A stretch of 64,000 nucleotides of DNA. It comes from Myxococcales bacterium (GTDB lineage: Bacteria; Myxococcota_A; Polyangia; Polyangiales; DASUME01). The stretch lies in assembly GCA_047601445.1 (NCBI GenBank), contig JASGJH010000001.1, positions 7,328,001-7,392,000 on the forward strand, in the 5' to 3' direction. This document shows, in pieces, positions 18,303 to 28,491 of the stretch. A model generated the notes under the pieces. That model saw only the letters and a program-made list of their open reading frames with translations, made no database searches and was not told where the DNA came from. How positions within the stretch are numbered: the first letter of the stretch is position 1; every line of letters begins with the position of its first letter. The position numbers and the translations under genes were made by a program.

Positions 18303-21300
18303 GTGGGGACGAGTGGGTCACACGATACTGACTTATCTGTAGACACGGACTCGGCCTTCGACGCGCTGCTGCGCGAGGCCGCCCAGGTCTCGGAGCCCCC
18401 GTGCGCTCGGCCTCACGCGATCTGGGCCGTCGGCACCACGCTGGCGGCGGCGCGCTTCACCATCACCCGACGCATCGGCGCGGGCGGCATGGGCATTGTT
18501 TACGAGGCCTATGACGCCGAACGGCGGGCGCCCGTGGCCCTCAAGACCCTGGTGGTCCTGGACGCAGCGGGTGTCTATCGCTTGAAGAGCGAGTTTCGGG
18601 CGCTGTCGCACGTGCACCATCCGAACCTGGTGCGACTGCACGAGTTGTTCTGCGATCGAGGCCGCTGGTTCTTCACCATGGACTTCATCGAGGGGAAGCG
18701 CTTCGATCACTGGGTGCGACCCGATGGCCTCGACGAAGTGCGCCTTCGCGACGCATTTGGGCAGCTCACCGGCGCCATTGGCGCCATCCATGCGGGCGGC
18801 AAGCTGCACCGCGACCTGAAGCCAAGCAATGTGCTGGTCACCAGCGCGGGCAAGGTGGTGGTGCTCGACTTCGGCTTGGTGGCCACCACGTCGTACGCCA
18901 CCGACGGGTCGGCACCGGTCGACGAACGCTTCGGCGGTACGCCAGCCTACATGGCGCCCGAGCAAGCTGCGGGCGGCGCTGTCACGGGTGCCAGCGACTT
19001 CTACGCGCTTGGGGTCATGCTCTTCGAGGCGCTGACCGGCGGAAGGCCGTTCGAGGGTCGACCTGCGGAGGTCTTGCTTGCCAAGCAACGTGTTGCGGCG
19101 CCGCAAGTCAGTGAGGCCGCGGCCGATGCGGGCGGGGCGCCAGGCGATCTCTGCGCGCTCTGCGATCGACTGCTCGACCGAGATCCGGCACGGCGACCCG
19201 ACGAGGCCAGCTTGCTTCGTGCCTGCGGTCCCGTGGGCGCTCTGGACGGACTCGATCGCGGGCACGCCTCACTCGTGCCTCCCAATAGCGTCAGGCCGGT
19301 GTTCCTCGGCCGGCATGCGGAGCTCTCCGCCTTGCGCGCGGCCTTTCAGGAAGCGCGCGCTGGTCGACCCACGGTGTTGTTCGTGTCGGGCGAGAGCGGC
19401 ATGGGAAAGAGCGCGCTGGTGGAGGCCTTCCTGGCCGAGCTGCGAGCCCACGCGGGCGCCGTGGTCCTGGCTGGTCGCTGCAACGAGCGCGAGAACGTCC
19501 CCTACAAAGCCCTCGATGCGTTGGTCGACGAGCTCAGTCGTCATCTGCGCCAGCTTTCACCAGCAGACGCAGCGAGGTTCGTGCCGCCGGAGGCCTTCAC
19601 GTTGCCGCGCCTGTTCCCGGTGCTCGAGCGCGTTCCTGCCCTCGCCGAGGCTCCCCAGCGCGCCGTGCTCGATCTGCACGACCTGCAGGCGCGTGCCTTC
19701 GGAGCGTTCAGCGAGCTCATGCGGCGCCTGTGCGAGCATGGCCCGCTCGTGCTGTTCATCGACGATCTGCAGTGGACGGACGACGACTCCGTGCGCCTCC
19801 TGCGCCACTTGCTCATGCCCGCCGATCCGCTGCCCGCGCTGCTCGTGTTCGCGCACCGCAGCGAGCAGGCCGAGCACGACGCGAGGCTCAAGGCCGTCAT
19901 GACAGCGGCCACGCAAAACCGCTCCATCGACATGCGCCGGCTCGTCATCGGCGGGCTCGATGCGGACGCACTGGTCGCGTTCGTGCGAGGCGAACTGGCC
20001 GCACACGCGCAGACGGATCGCGTGCAGGCCATCGCGCGAGAATCGGGCGGGAGTCCGTTCTTGGTGGCGGAATTGGCCCGCGCCTCGAACTTCGTAGACA
20101 GCGAGCGGCCGGTGCCCACGCTCACGGAAGCGCTCTCGCTGCATGTGGGCCGGCTCCCAGAGATGGCACGTCGGTTGTTGAGCTTGTTGGCGCTGGCCGG
20201 GCAACCCTTGGCGCCGAGCTTGGTGGTCGAGGCCGCCGGCGCGGCGCACGGCCACGAGCTCCTCGATCTATTGCGCAGCGAGCGCCTGGTTCGCGTGGGC
20301 AACGCGGGGCGCATCGGAGAAGACAGCGCGCGGGCCGTGGAGTGCTACCACGATCGGATTCGCGAGCTGGTGGCGAGCGAGCTGTCGCCCGAGCTGACCC
20401 GCGAGCTGTTCGCCGGGCTAGCGCGGGCGCTGTCCGAGCGGCAGCACGTGGACCCGGAGTTGTCGGCGCGCTGTCTCGAGGGGGCAGGGCAAACGCAGGA
20501 GGCCGCTGCGCAGGCACTCTTGGCGGCCGAGCGCGCGATGCAAGCACTGGCCTTCGAGCGCGCCGCCGCGCTCTACCAGAAGGCCCTTTCACTGGGCCAT
20601 TTCGAGCCCGAAGCGACCCGCAAGCTCCAGCGAGCACGCGGCGACGCGTTGGCGCGCGCAGGCCACGGACTGCTCGCCAGCGAGGTCTATTTGGCGGCCC
20701 GGGAAGGCGCTTCGCCGGAGCAGGCCGCGGAGCTGAGTCAACAAGCAGGCGTGTTGCTCCTGATGCTGGGGCGCAGCGTGCGCGGACGTGAGGTGCTGGC
20801 CGAGGGCCTGCGCCCGTTGGGCATCCACATTCCCGAGCACGCCGGCACGGTCTTTCTCGCGCTGCTCTGGGCACGCTTTCGCTTGCGCTTGCACGGCCTG
20901 CGCTTCGATTCGCGTCCTCGCTCGGATGCCGCTACGCTCGCCCGGCTCTCGGCCCTGCGCAGCGCAGCCACCAGCTTCGGCCCGAGTGACACCCTGCGCT
21001 TTGCCCTTTTCAACGCGCGCTGGCTGCTGCTCGGGCTGCGCAGCGGCAACGCAGTCGACGTCGCGCGCGCCGTCGGTGGCGAACTCGTGCTCGCGTCCTA
21101 CGCCCCCGGCACACGCCGCCGCATCCCCGAACTCAGCGCCCTTGGCGACGAGCTGGTCGAAGCCGTGAGCGACGTCGACGCGCACTTCTCCATGCGCTGG
21201 GGCCACGCCTGGGCCTGTCTGCACGATCCCCCATGGCGAGCGGATTGGAGCCGCAGCCTCGCCCATACCGAAGCCTGCATCGCCCTGGCCCGCGAGCATC

Positions 21301-22088
21301 CGGTCTCCATCGGCGCTTATGTCGAGCCGTGGTGTCAGTACATGCGCGGTGCGCTGCTCGCGTCCTTGGGTCGCTTCCAGGAGGTGCGGACCATCGTGCG
21401 CGCGCAGTTCGGTCACGAGCTCTTGAACCGCAACCTCACCGTGCTCCCCGCACTCGCCACGCTGGCGGCGCTGGTCTTGCCGGCCCTCGGTGAGCACGAC
21501 GAAGCCGAACGAATCGTGCGCGAGAGCCGCGCCAGCTGGAGCTCCGACGAGGTCGCCGTGCAGGACCTCAACTTATTGCTCGGGCTGAGCTTCCTGGCGC
21601 GGCATCGCGGAGAGGCCGTGGCGGGCTGGCTGGAGTTCTGCGCGCTCTGGGAGCGCATGCGGTCCTCCTTATTACCGCGCGTCATCATGGCCCCCATGTT
21701 GAGCGGCATGGGCGGCACGCTGGCCGCGGCCGCTGCGCGGGAGGTGGATCAACCCTCCGAACGTGCGGCACTCGAGCGACAGGCGCGGCGTCTACTCGGA
21801 CGCGCCGCGAACTCGGGCTCGCGCGCGGCCCGGCTCAGCGTCCGCACCCAGCTCGCGTGCCTATCCGGTGACCGACGCCGCGCGGCGCAACATTTGCGCG
21901 GGCTGCTGGAACTCGAGGGTCTCAGCCCCTTGGTGGAGCATGCCAGCAAGCGTCAGCTCGGACGTGTGCTGGGGGACTCTCAGGGCAGGGCGCTCATCAC
22001 CGCAGCGGACCGCTGGTTCGAGGAGCGTGGAGTTCTTGACCCCGAGCGTCTGAGCGGCCTGGTCATGCCCGGAGCAGACTTCCTCTGA
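18303..22088 (+). CDS. Ser/Thr protein kinase with AAA ATPase and TPR-like regions
   Basis: GAGGMG, VALK, HRDLKPSN, DFG, APE; Walker A GESGMGKS; Walker B LFIDDLQW. Confidence 0.93.
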   Translation: MGTSGSHDTDLSVDTDSAFDALLREAAQVSEPPCARPHAIWAVGTTLAAARFTITRRIGAGGMGIVYEAYDAERRAPVALKTLVVLDAAGVYRLKSEFRALSHVHHPNLVRLHELFCDRGRWFFTMDFIEGKRFDHWVRPDGLDEVRLRDAFGQLTGAIGAIHAGGKLHRDLKPSNVLVTSAGKVVVLDFGLVATTSYATDGSAPVDERFGGTPAYMAPEQAAGGAVTGASDFYALGVMLFEALTGGRPFEGRPAEVLLAKQRVAAPQVSEAAADAGGAPGDLCALCDRLLDRDPARRPDEASLLRACGPVGALDGLDRGHASLVPPNSVRPVFLGRHAELSALRAAFQEARAGRPTVLFVSGESGMGKSALVEAFLAELRAHAGAVVLAGRCNERENVPYKALDALVDELSRHLRQLSPADAARFVPPEAFTLPRLFPVLERVPALAEAPQRAVLDLHDLQARAFGAFSELMRRLCEHGPLVLFIDDLQWTDDDSVRLLRHLLMPADPLPALLVFAHRSEQAEHDARLKAVMTAATQNRSIDMRRLVIGGLDADALVAFVRGELAAHAQTDRVQAIARESGGSPFLVAELARASNFVDSERPVPTLTEALSLHVGRLPEMARRLLSLLALAGQPLAPSLVVEAAGAAHGHELLDLLRSERLVRVGNAGRIGEDSARAVECYHDRIRELVASELSPELTRELFAGLARALSERQHVDPELSARCLEGAGQTQEAAAQALLAAERAMQALAFERAAALYQKALSLGHFEPEATRKLQRARGDALARAGHGLLASEVYLAAREGASPEQAAELSQQAGVLLLMLGRSVRGREVLAEGLRPLGIHIPEHAGTVFLALLWARFRLRLHGLRFDSRPRSDAATLARLSALRSAATSFGPSDTLRFALFNARWLLLGLRSGNAVDVARAVGGELVLASYAPGTRRRIPELSALGDELVEAVSDVDAHFSMRWGHAWACLHDPPWRADWSRSLAHTEACIALAREHPVSIGAYVEPWCQYMRGALLASLGRFQEVRTIVRAQFGHELLNRNLTVLPALATLAALVLPALGEHDEAERIVRESRASWSSDEVAVQDLNLLLGLSFLARHRGEAVAGWLEFCALWERMRSSLLPRVIMAPMLSGMGGTLAAAAAREVDQPSERAALERQARRLLGRAANSGSRAARLSVRTQLACLSGDRRRAAQHLRGLLELEGLSPLVEHASKRQLGRVLGDSQGRALITAADRWFEERGVLDPERLSGLVMPGADFL

Positions 22089-22463
22089 AGCCTTTGCGTC
22101 GATCTGTTCGCACTCCGGCGCATTCGAACTCCACGCGGGAAACCCTGACGAAACGCTACAAGAGGCGCGCTGGAGGCGCGACGCCGAGTGCGGATTGTCA
22201 CGCGCGATCAACCGAGCTGGGGTGAGCATCTGGAAGATTGAGTCGCCTGACCTTTTCTTTCTGACGGTTCGCACTAAATGGCCGTCTCTGAGAAGGGATT
22301 GCGCACGACGAGAATCCTTGGTCTAAGTCCAGGATTCCCTCGAAGGTTGTTCACGGACTCGGTCGCTGGTGTGAGGGAAGTCTTACGGACGTGTCGCCCA
22401 TCACCCCAGCGTGACGCCCGCCATTCTTGGCGGATGCCTCAGTAAGGAAAGGGTGAGTCTGCT

Positions 22464-23609
22464 TTGTCACCTGATTATGTCGCCGTCGTCGAGGCCTGCT
22501 ACGGGCCTGCCCCTAGCCACGAAGCATGGGCCAGGCGTCTGTTGAACGCTTTCGGCGAAGAACTCGGAATCGAACGCAGTTGTCTCATTCTTACTGGTGG
22601 ACTCGCATCGGACTCCAGAATCGAGGTCATTGAAAAATTGGACCCGGCTGCGGGACCTTCTTCTCCGGCGAGAGCGTTGCTCACCAGGCACGTGAGCTTC
22701 TTCCGTAGGCCGCCTGGTCTGTTGCACGTGGCGCAGCCGGGCGCGGCCTCTCCGCTCGAGTATGCGGATTGGGTCAAGAGCATCTCCGGTCCCACGGCTG
22801 CGCCCGTGGTCTCGCTGTTCGGCAAGCCGAACGCGGACTCGTCCTTTGCTATCGGCCTGTGCACGGCCGACCTGCAGCGTTGGGGGCGGCCGCACCGCGA
22901 GGCCCTGCTCCGCCTGCGCATCCACATCGAGGCCGCCCTGCGCCTCCGGTCGGCCCCGAGCGAGTGTGCCGTCGCGCGCATCTTCGTGGACGGGCGGGTC
23001 GAATCCCTCGAGGGCAGCGCCCTGTGGCTCCCCAAGCCAGCCAACCTGGTGCGTCGCATGCGCGCCATCGAGCGTGCTCGCATGGAGCTGCGTCGACTTT
23101 CGGGTCTGCAAGCCTGGCCCGTGCTCGTGGATGGCTGTTGGAGCCTGGTAGAGCGAACCCACTTGGACGAGCGAGCCTACTTGGCGCTGCTCAATCCCCC
23201 CGCCAAGAGCGCGGCGGTCACGCTCAACGATCGCGAGGCGGGCATCGTGGCCTTTGCCTCCCAGGGACTCTCCAATCGCCACGTGGCCTATGCTTTGGGG
23301 CTCACGGGGAGCCAGGTTTCTCACTCGTTGTCGTTGGTCGCGCGCCGCATGAAGTTTCGCAGTCGCGCCGAACTCGCGCGCCACGTGGCGAGTCAGGCGA
23401 AGAGCCGCCAGTCCGGGCACCGCCAACCGCTCACCGACGCAGAGTCGAGCGTGCTCGAACTCGTGCAGCTGGGGCTGTCGAACGAAGCCATCGCCAAGGC
23501 TCGCAAGAGCTCGCCGCGCACCGTGGCCAACCAGGTCGCATCCCTGCTGCGCAAGTTGGGCGCGAGCAATCGGCGGGCGTTGGTGGTGATGGATTGCGCA
23601 GTGCACTAG
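22464..23609 (+). CDS. Regulator with N-terminal sensory region and two LuxR HTH domains
   Basis: LNDREAGIV...GLSNRHVAYALG and LTDAESSVLELVQLGLSNEAIA...TVANQVASLLRK; paralog of 35234..36448. Confidence 0.82.
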   Translation: MSPDYVAVVEACYGPAPSHEAWARRLLNAFGEELGIERSCLILTGGLASDSRIEVIEKLDPAAGPSSPARALLTRHVSFFRRPPGLLHVAQPGAASPLEYADWVKSISGPTAAPVVSLFGKPNADSSFAIGLCTADLQRWGRPHREALLRLRIHIEAALRLRSAPSECAVARIFVDGRVESLEGSALWLPKPANLVRRMRAIERARMELRRLSGLQAWPVLVDGCWSLVERTHLDERAYLALLNPPAKSAAVTLNDREAGIVAFASQGLSNRHVAYALGLTGSQVSHSLSLVARRMKFRSRAELARHVASQAKSRQSGHRQPLTDAESSVLELVQLGLSNEAIAKARKSSPRTVANQVASLLRKLGASNRRALVVMDCAVH

Positions 23610-23766
23610 CGGTGCGCTGACAAAGTCAGCACACCGTTCCCGTGCCAGCCTTGCGGCAGCGAGGCGTGCCCGCGCCCGTGCCCGTCCCGGCCCGCGCCCC
23701 GCCTCCCACCCCGGACAAGGCCGTTTCGTGCACTTGCGGGGTGGCGTGCTAGTTGCTTGGGCTCCC

Positions 23767-25287
23767 ATGCCGCATGAGTTCTTGTCGCTGGCCCACGACT
23801 ACGGAACGGGCTTCATTTTGGCCCTCGCGCTGGTGGCACGACTGGTGGTCCTGGCGAGCCCCAAGGGCTCCGAACCTCGGCAACGCTTTCGGTTCGCCTT
23901 CTCCGTCGTCCTCATCCACCTGATCTTCCTGATCGCTGCCACCTTGCTCAGCGCTTACGACCCGGTGGTCATGGGGGGCGCGAAGGTGGGCGTGGCGCTC
24001 ACGTCGTCGCTCGCGGCAGTCACGTTGGGCAGCATCCTCCTGTTCGAGGGGCTCGTGCGGCGTCTGCGTCCGGGGCTGCCTCGCATCGTCCCCGATGTGG
24101 TCACCACGCTGGCCGCCATGGTGAGCTTGGTACGCGCCTCGCACCAGCTCGGCTTCGAGGTCACTGGCGTGATCGCCACCAGCGCCGTGCTTACCGCGGT
24201 GGTCGGCTTGTCGCTGCAGGACACCCTCGGCAACGTGCTCGGCGGGCTCGCGCTGCAGCTCGACTCTTCCGTGCAGGTCGGCGACTGGGTGCGTCTGCCC
24301 GATGTGGCCGGGCGCGTGACGCAGATTCGCTGGCGCTATACCGCCATCGAGACCAACAACTGGGAGACCGTGATCGTCCCCAACTCCACCTTGATGCGAG
24401 GCCAGGTGGTGATTATGGGGCGCCGCGAAGGCAAGCCCGTGCAGTGGCGGCGCTGGGTGCACTTCCAGGTGGACTTCCGCACGGCCCCGGGTGACGTCAT
24501 CGACGTGGTGGAGCGGGCACTGCGCGCGCAGCCCATCCCGAACGTGGCCAGCGACCCGCGCCCCAACTGCATCGCCACGGATTTCGCCGAGAGTCAGACC
24601 AAGTATGCGGTGCGCTATTGGCTCACCGAGCTGAGCGCCGACGACCCCACCGACAGCGTGGTGCGGAACTACATCTTCCACGCCCTCGCGCGCGCCAGGA
24701 TTCCGCTCTCCATCCCGGCCCAGACCGTGTTCGTCACGGAGGACGATCAAGCGCGCCACGAATACAAGCGTGCCACCGAGCACGAACGGCGCATGGAGGC
24801 CCTGGCGACCATCGACCTGTTCGCCAGTCTGAATGCCGACGAGCGCACCGAGCTCGCCCTCAGTCTCGAGCGCGCTCCGTTCCCGCGCGGTGCCACCATC
24901 ACGCAGGAGGGGGCCGTGGCGCACCACCTGTATATGATCCTCTCGGGCGACATCTCCGTGCGCGCCGGGGGCCTCGAGGAAAACCGTGAAGTCGGGCGGC
25001 TCAAGGCGGGCGACATCTTCGGTGAGATGGCGCTGCTCACGGGCGAACGTCGCAGCGCCAGCTTGATCGCGCTGACCGACGTCAATTGCTACCGACTCGA
25101 TGCCAAGGTCTTCCGCGCGCTGCTGGAGAAGCGCCCGGATCTTGCCGAGCGTGTCGCGCAAGTGCTCGCCGACCGGCAGACGGGCCTCACGAGCGCGAGG
25201 GAGCGCAGCAAGCAGCAAGCCGCGCTGCGCGCCGAGAACGAGCGCGCAATTCTCTCGAAAATCAAGGCTTTCTTCGATCTCGATTGA
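23767..25287 (+). CDS. MscS-family mechanosensitive channel with C-terminal cNMP-binding domain
   Basis: GLSLQDTLGNVLGG, VGDWV, GRVTQIRWRYT, IVPNS; FGEMALLTGERRSAS cNMP motif. Confidence 0.92.
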   Translation: MPHEFLSLAHDYGTGFILALALVARLVVLASPKGSEPRQRFRFAFSVVLIHLIFLIAATLLSAYDPVVMGGAKVGVALTSSLAAVTLGSILLFEGLVRRLRPGLPRIVPDVVTTLAAMVSLVRASHQLGFEVTGVIATSAVLTAVVGLSLQDTLGNVLGGLALQLDSSVQVGDWVRLPDVAGRVTQIRWRYTAIETNNWETVIVPNSTLMRGQVVIMGRREGKPVQWRRWVHFQVDFRTAPGDVIDVVERALRAQPIPNVASDPRPNCIATDFAESQTKYAVRYWLTELSADDPTDSVVRNYIFHALARARIPLSIPAQTVFVTEDDQARHEYKRATEHERRMEALATIDLFASLNADERTELALSLERAPFPRGATITQEGAVAHHLYMILSGDISVRAGGLEENREVGRLKAGDIFGEMALLTGERRSASLIALTDVNCYRLDAKVFRALLEKRPDLAERVAQVLADRQTGLTSARERSKQQAALRAENERAILSKIKAFFDLD

Positions 25288-25361
25288 GGGGCGCGCGGTC
25301 CCGTGCTCAGGCCCCGCACTCCCCTTCTGGCATTGGCGTAGAGTTTGCTCGTTTCGTGGGG

Positions 25362-27278
25362 GTGGAACGAACGCATCCGCCCACGCACGAGTCCTCTCGC
25401 CCTGTGCCTCGACGTTCGCATCTACCGGGCCTGTGCCTCGGCGCGCTCGGTGTGGTGTTCGGGGACATCGGCACGAGTCCCATCTATGCGTTCAAGGAGT
25501 GCTTGCGCGGCCCCCACGGCGCGGAGCCCACGCCCGAGAACGTGCTCGGAGTGCTGTCCCTGATTTTCTGGGCGCTCACGCTGGTGGTGACGGTGAAGTA
25601 CTTGATCTTCATCATGCGTGCGAGCAATCAGGGGGCGGGTGGTATCTTTGCGCTGCTCGCGCTGTTGCCCGAGCGCGAAGGTGTGCACGCCAAGCGGCTC
25701 ACCTGGATGACGGCGCTCGGCGTGGTGGGTGCGGCGCTCTTGTACGGCGACGGCATCATCACGCCTGCGGTCTCCGTGCTGTCGGCGGTGGAAGGTCTCG
25801 AGTTGGTGGCGCCGTCGCTGAAGAGCTTCGTGGTGCCCGTCACCTGCGCCATCCTGCTCCTCCTGTTCGCGCTGCAGCATCGCGGGACCGGGACCATCGG
25901 CAAATTGTTCGGGCCCGTCATGCTGCTCTGGTTCGTCGTGATCGGTGCGCTCGGGGTCACCCACATTGCAGCCGAGCCGCGCGTGTTGGGGGCTTTGTCG
26001 CCGCACCATGCGGTTCTCTTCTTCGTGCAGCACGGGCTGACGGGAGGCTTGATCCTCGGCGCGGTGGTGCTGGCCGTGACGGGCGGCGAAGCGCTCTACG
26101 CGGACATGGGGCACTTCGGTGCCAAGCCGATTCGCATGGCTTGGTTCTTCGTAGCCATGCCCGCCCTCGTGTGCGCTTACTTCGGGCAGGGCGCGCTCGT
26201 GCTCGCGCACCCGCAGCTGGCCAACAATCCTTTCTTCGGCATGGTGGGTCCTGGGATCCAGAGCCTGGCGCTCGTGGTGCTCTCCGCGATGGCCACCGTG
26301 ATCGCGTCCCAGGCCCTGATTTCGGGGGTGTTTTCCTTGACCCGTCAGGCCGTGCAGCTCGGCCTCTTGCCGCGCGTCAACATCCGCCATACGGCGCGTG
26401 AGGCCGAAGGTCAGGTCTACGTACCGGTCGTCAACCATGGCTTGGCCGTGGCATGCGTGGCGCTGGTCATCGGCTTCCAGCAATCGGGTCGTCTGGCCTC
26501 TGCCTACGGCATCGCCGTGAGCGGCACCATGGCCATCACGTCGCTGGTGTACTTCGAGGTGGTGCGCACGCGCTGGGGGTGGCCGCTGTCCAAGGCGCTC
26601 GCGGTGCTCTTGCTCTTCTTGTCGTTCGACCTGGCGTTCCTGGCGGCGAACGCCGTGAAGATCCTCGACGGCGGCTATATCCCGATCAGCGTGGCGGCGG
26701 TCTTCGGAGGCGTCATGCTGATCTGGAAATCGGGGGAGCTCGTGCACGCGCGGCGCCTGCAGCGACACACGGAGTCGCTGGCTTCGTTCGTGCATCGTGC
26801 CGCGGGCGGTCTATCCATGCGCGTGCCCGGGACCGCGGTGTTCGTCACCGAGCAAGTTGGCAATGTGCCGCGTGCCATGCGCTGTCAGGTGCGCGCGATC
26901 CCCGCCCTGCAGGAGCAGGTGGTGGTGGTGGGCGTCAAGACGGCCCGCGCGCCCAGCGTGAGCGAAGAGGCTCGGGCCGAGGTGAGCGGTCTGGGACATG
27001 GGTTCTTCCAGGTGCGCCTGCGCTTCGGCTTCATGGAGACGCCCAACCTGCCGAGCGTGCTCGCGCGCGTGCTCTACAAGCATGGTGTGAAGCTCCCCGC
27101 GAACTCCACCACGTACTACCTCGAGCGCGAGACGTTCGTGCCGGGACATCGCGCTCGGATGGCTCCCTGGCGCGAGAAGCTGTTCAGTCGTCTCGCCCTC
27201 AACGCGCGCCGCGCCGACGCCTATTACGGTCTGCCGGCAGCCCACGTGACGGAGATAGGCGAAGAGCTCGAACTGTGA
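25362..27278 (+). CDS. kup: KUP/HAK/KT potassium transporter
   Basis: LGVVFGDIGTSPIY, YGDGIITPAVSVLSAVEGL, TGGEALYADMGHFG, AYGIAV, FGFME. Start estimated. Confidence 0.93.
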   Translation: MERTHPPTHESSRPVPRRSHLPGLCLGALGVVFGDIGTSPIYAFKECLRGPHGAEPTPENVLGVLSLIFWALTLVVTVKYLIFIMRASNQGAGGIFALLALLPEREGVHAKRLTWMTALGVVGAALLYGDGIITPAVSVLSAVEGLELVAPSLKSFVVPVTCAILLLLFALQHRGTGTIGKLFGPVMLLWFVVIGALGVTHIAAEPRVLGALSPHHAVLFFVQHGLTGGLILGAVVLAVTGGEALYADMGHFGAKPIRMAWFFVAMPALVCAYFGQGALVLAHPQLANNPFFGMVGPGIQSLALVVLSAMATVIASQALISGVFSLTRQAVQLGLLPRVNIRHTAREAEGQVYVPVVNHGLAVACVALVIGFQQSGRLASAYGIAVSGTMAITSLVYFEVVRTRWGWPLSKALAVLLLFLSFDLAFLAANAVKILDGGYIPISVAAVFGGVMLIWKSGELVHARRLQRHTESLASFVHRAAGGLSMRVPGTAVFVTEQVGNVPRAMRCQVRAIPALQEQVVVVGVKTARAPSVSEEARAEVSGLGHGFFQVRLRFGFMETPNLPSVLARVLYKHGVKLPANSTTYYLERETFVPGHRARMAPWREKLFSRLALNARRADAYYGLPAAHVTEIGEELEL

Positions 27279-27339
27279 GCCTGTTCGGTGCCCCGCGAAG
27301 TCCTCGGCGGCGCGCGGCTGTTTGTGGCAGGATCGCGCC

Positions 27340-28482
27340 ATGCGCCCGCCCACCACGTTGTCATGGTTCCGTCTGGGAGCCCTGATCCCACTCGCATTCG
27401 GTGCCCATTGCGGCGGCTCGAGCTTGCCTCGCCCCGAGTCCGAGCACGATGCGGCGACCGCCGAAGGCGGCTCCGAAGGCGATGTGGACGCGGGCCTCGT
27501 CGAAGCCGGGATGGACCGTGATCGCGACGCAGCAGGCCAGGACGCCGCGGAGCCCGATGCCCAGGCGCCTTCGGGGCGTGACACCATCTGCGGTCAGGCG
27601 ACCAGCTGGCCCGCGCCGCTCCCTGCGCAGCCGGCGGCACGCAAGGCCATGCCGGTGGGCACGCAGACCTTCGGCTTCATCGAAGGGCCCGTCTGGATCC
27701 ACGATCGCGGCGAGCTGCTCTTCTCCGACATGGACTTCAACGCGAGCGACGCAGCGGGCCCGCCCGCGCGCATCCGCCGTCTGCGACCGCCGACCAAGTT
27801 CGACGACTTCGTGCTCGCCTCCAATGGCAACGGACTCGCGCTCTACGACGACGACACGCTGATCGCCGCCACCCACGACAACCAGGGCCTGTCGCTCTTC
27901 GACCTGACCAGTGCGGTGCGCACCAAGCTCGAGGTATCGGCCGCGGGCAAGCACCTGAACTCTCCCAATGACCTGACCGTGCGCAGCGACGGAACCGTGT
28001 ATTTCACCGATCCGGATTGGCAGCTCGGGCCGCGCAGCTCCGAGACCAAGATCACGGGCGTGTACCGTGTGTCCCCGCCACTCGAGCCCGGTCGCGCGCT
28101 CGAGGCCCAGGTCGTCGAGAAGACCTTGAGCAAGCCCAACGGCATCGCGCTCTCACCCGACGAGCGCACGCTCTACGTGGGCTCCCAGGACAGCGAGATT
28201 CGGAAATACCCGCTTGCTGCCGACGGCTCGCTCGGTCAGCGCAGCAAGTTCGCGGACACTGGTAGCAGCGATGGCTTCGCCGTGGATTGCGCCGGCAACT
28301 TGTATGTGACCTCGGGCACGGTCGAGGTGTTCTCCCCGCAAGGCGAGAAGCTCGGTGACGTCACGCTCGACGACACCCCTTCGAACGCGGCCTTCGGCGG
28401 TGCCGACCGGCAGACCCTCTACATCACCGCGGGCTCGCGCCTGTACTCGATTCACTTGAACGTGCCCGGCTTCCCGTACTAG
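27340..28482 (+). CDS. SMP-30/gluconolactonase family lipoprotein
   Basis: EGPVW, LNSPND, YFTDP, PNGIALSPDERTLYV, DGFAVDCAGNLYV. Confidence 0.92.
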   Translation: MRPPTTLSWFRLGALIPLAFGAHCGGSSLPRPESEHDAATAEGGSEGDVDAGLVEAGMDRDRDAAGQDAAEPDAQAPSGRDTICGQATSWPAPLPAQPAARKAMPVGTQTFGFIEGPVWIHDRGELLFSDMDFNASDAAGPPARIRRLRPPTKFDDFVLASNGNGLALYDDDTLIAATHDNQGLSLFDLTSAVRTKLEVSAAGKHLNSPNDLTVRSDGTVYFTDPDWQLGPRSSETKITGVYRVSPPLEPGRALEAQVVEKTLSKPNGIALSPDERTLYVGSQDSEIRKYPLAADGSLGQRSKFADTGSSDGFAVDCAGNLYVTSGTVEVFSPQGEKLGDVTLDDTPSNAAFGGADRQTLYITAGSRLYSIHLNVPGFPY

Positions 28483-28491
28483 TCCAGGGGC

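Noticed and set aside
22144..22155. Hammerhead ribozyme core (CTGACGA...GAAAC)
   Set aside because: The two elements overlap with no stem II between them.
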